The notes beneath the pieces are model-generated. The model was not told the DNA's origin and searched no databases. It was given only the letters and a program-made list of their open reading frames with translations. 64,000 nt of DNA from Moniliella sp. 'wahieum' (lineage: Eukaryota), in contig RSEE01000087.1 in the NCBI GenBank assembly GCA_003971905.1, forward strand, positions 1-64,000, given 5' to 3'. A program made the translations under genes and the position numbers. Positions 60,977 to 64,000 of this stretch are shown piece after piece (position 1 is the first letter of the stretch; every line of letters begins with the position of its first letter).

Positions 60977-63900
60977 TCGTCGTATGTTTTGTTCCATGTG
61001 TTTTCTGGCTTGGTTGAGTGGTTAGTTTGTTGGGTTGCTTTGTGTCCCTGGCCCCGGCCTCTCGTACCTTGTTGCGTGGTTGCATTGGCGCGTTTCTTTG
61101 TGCCTCTCTTCCGCCCTACTTGACTACCATATGATGGATGACCTTCGTTGGCCTGCCAATAAAGGTGGGAAAAATGCTATAGCCAGCAACAGTTGCGACG
61201 TGAGGAGAGATGGAGATCGCGGCCCGCCGGGAGAGAGGTTGTCAGGAGACGCAGATGGGGGAAGGGAAGCAGGGATTGCATACATCTATGGACGCACAGG
61301 AGGTATATGTACCTCCTCAGGAAGGGGGCATAGTCGAGAGGTGGACACAGGATCTCCCAACTGATAAGAATCACGCCATAGTGCCCATACTGGTCTAGTG
61401 GGCCAAGGGCCCCCTAGCACGGCGTGAGTCTGACAGAGGTACTACTACTACTACTAGTACTTAGTAGTGGTAGTAATAATAAGTGGAGAGAGAGAAGAGA
61501 AAAAGAAATGGGAAGGCGCCCGAGGTCGTTGGCCACAGCCTTCCCATTTGAGCGCGTAGTAGGGAGGTAAAACCTGGTTTTGCACGCGCACGGGATGCAG
61601 CTTTGGGTCCGTGCTTGCTCCCATACCGCCAGAGCCAAACAATCAAGGTGAAGACAATGTGGTCGGCAGTGGATTCGAGTCGGACTACTAATCAGAGAAC
61701 GAATATTACCCAGACTATCCCCGCGACGGCTAACTACTAAGCCACGAAAGATGATATAGTAACAGCGCGCAACGCCGAACGCAGAACGTCTATTGTGGCT
61801 ATCAGTCACTCTTGGCCTAGAACGCAACCGTATCGTCTTTTTTTGCCTATTGGGTATCAGCACTCAGTGAGTATTGAGACTCAATACTCTCTGTCCGTGG
61901 ACCATACGCGGATGTAATGAAGATACACCGGGTGCGTGCGACTGATGGCGGCGGACCCACAGCCTTCTTCTGCACAGCACAGCACGAAAGGAGAAGGTCG
62001 GTTGGTCCGTTAGCCGGTTTTGCTCGTCGTAGGACATGAGAGCCACGGCCGTGTAACAATGGGGTACGAAGGTCTAACGTGTAAACCCTTGTGCGAGACC
62101 GTGTGCGACCGTGCGCCCGTGAGACCGTGAGACCGTATGACCGTGGGGTACGGGATGTAGGGGGGCACCGGCTCGCAGTTATTGGCCGGTTATTAGCGTT
62201 GAAGAGTGAATTGGCAAGCGCGTCTCAGAGAAGAAAGAAAAGAAAGGACAAAAGAATCGAGAGAAAGGGGAAACGGACATACGAACTCAGGTACTATAGT
62301 ACACCCAGTACTATTAGCTGGGTACTAGTACTAACGGTATACGAGTTGGCCACGTTGACGTTGACCTGCGCCCTGGAGGAGAGGAGGAGGTTGCGAAAAA
62401 GCGTTGACGCGTTGGGAGTTTTGAGAGAACTTGTCTGATCTCTGATCTTGACGTTCAATGAACTTGGACCGTTGATAAGGTGGATGGATACCTTTGGATT
62501 GCGAATTGGCTGGACCTATCACACATGTGGCTATAACATGTGAGCTCAGCCACTCACGTGCACTGACCGCGCTAATGCCAATCAACGTTACCAGTTACTC
62601 TAGGTTAGACATTTTGGAAAGTGCCAAAAGCTGTGACATGTGATGTACTGACCGGCCACTGACCACAGAGACTGAGAGTACTCAATACTCAACACTGTGA
62701 GTACTGATGCATGGCTGGGCGTACCGCGTACGGCACACGATGTGGGGTTGCATGTGGTGCAATGGTCCAATGGCGCAGACCGTTGAACGTTGAACGTTGA
62801 CGTGACCTACTCAACATGTCACCGAGGACGGCATCTGCGGTACCCGTACCCGGTCCAGAAAGACTGGTGTGATGGTATACAGGATACAAATCACACTGAA
62901 TCGGTGTTATATTCCGCGTGCATTGCTCCGCGCTCCACTGGGTACGATGAAGCACATACCAGCATGCTCAGGTGCTCAGTATTCAATGACAACGATGATA
63001 ACGAGAGGGGAGCGAGAGGAGCACGACCTGTCCAATATAGCGAGTGTTGGGTGAGCGACGAACGTTGAATGTATGAACACTGAGTACTCAGACTGAGTGC
63101 TGAACCGTTGAACGCTGAACGCTGGCGTTGGCGCGTTGGGGAGGATACGTTCTAAGAAGGGAGATGCGTTAGCCGTGAATTGGCTGCGATGGGGCGTTAA
63201 GCTTTACGCTTTGCAATGGATTGAATTACGGCGGAACGAAAAGAGGTTTCAAGTAGAAGGACGTGTTTGACAGTGGGTGGAAATTAAGCAGGAAGGAGAG
63301 TCAAGCTTCAAGGCAGAGTAGCTTTTGAGGTTGAGGTTTTGTGCCGAAACGAATACTGCGTGGTGAGGTGGATGATCGAGAGAGGATGATCGATGGGCGG
63401 TCGGGCGCTGACTAGCTCACTAGCTCACTAGCACTGAGCCAGACACGGCCCAAAGGAATAAGAATAGGAGCGGTCTTAGATCTTACCCGTGCTGGACCAG
63501 TGTCGCGGCTGGGCCTACATAGTGGGTGTCATTGAGCCGTGTTGCATCACAAGCATACGCGTTACGACGTTAAGCATGACGCATCTTTTACCAGGTACCG
63601 TTCCCCCCACCGGCAGGTCGTCGTTGGGGCATCTTTACTCTGAGAGGGCAGTGTGAGATGGGCGATGTGTGATGGATGGTGTGGATGATGGGGACGATGC
63701 AGGATGGTCCAGATCTTGGCGCGGGGTGGAAGACAGGGGGTGATTAATGGGACACCAAGTGGCGGTGGTAGAGGGCCAGAAGCTAGCAGAGCCCCACCGT
63801 CCTCTATGGGGGCGGAGGGTGCGATTGCAGCAGACAAGGGGTAGCGGTTATGAGCGGTGGCCAGTGATTAATGATTAATGATTGGCTAGTTGCATTGTTG

Positions 63901-64000
63901 AAACTTGAAGCCTTTTTAGTTTTTTTGGATGTTTGGTTTGGTTGCAATTTGGTGTGGGTGGGAGGCGCGGGGGGAGTGAAAGGTGAACGCTGAGACGAGG

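Noticed and set aside
61000..64000. Genes in the last 3 kb
   Set aside because: Only short ORFs and simple repeats; treated as intergenic.

Overview
This is GC-rich fungal genomic DNA, basidiomycete-like, with short GT(A/G)NGT...CTRAC...YAG introns. Nearly every conserved gene carries 1-bp indels, which points to an unpolished long-read assembly. The left 11 kb is a mobile, subtelomere-like block. It holds the 3' half of a Ty1/copia element with its LTR, an array of 39-40-bp repeats interleaved with degenerate CCCTAA telomere-like tracts, a ~6.4-kb minus-strand gene, and a second copia 3' remnant. Reading across its frameshifts, that gene encodes a DUF3505/OrsD-like Zn domain, a tyrosine-recombinase-like catalytic domain (R...K...xxRH...GH-x8-Y) and a RecQ-type SF2 helicase with a C-terminal Zn cluster. 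This is the main candidate novel system: a YR-RecQ 'telomere-linked helicase' that looks like a mobile element. The gene region that follows contains an intron-containing tRNA-Thr(AGU), RNR2, an eEF1B-gamma-type GST, a coiled-coil protein, neutral ceramidase, decayed GAD1 and NOP10 copies, a possible subtilase relic, a multi-TM protein, an ATG14/VPS38-family gene and SWD2. Further right lie a decayed RLE-type (CRE/Cnl1/MoTeR-like) non-LTR retroelement bracketed by 32-bp direct repeats, a Ran1/Pat1-like kinase, ERG1, RRP17, a CaMK1 and a START-domain protein. All calls come from motif recognition by eye; no searches were run.
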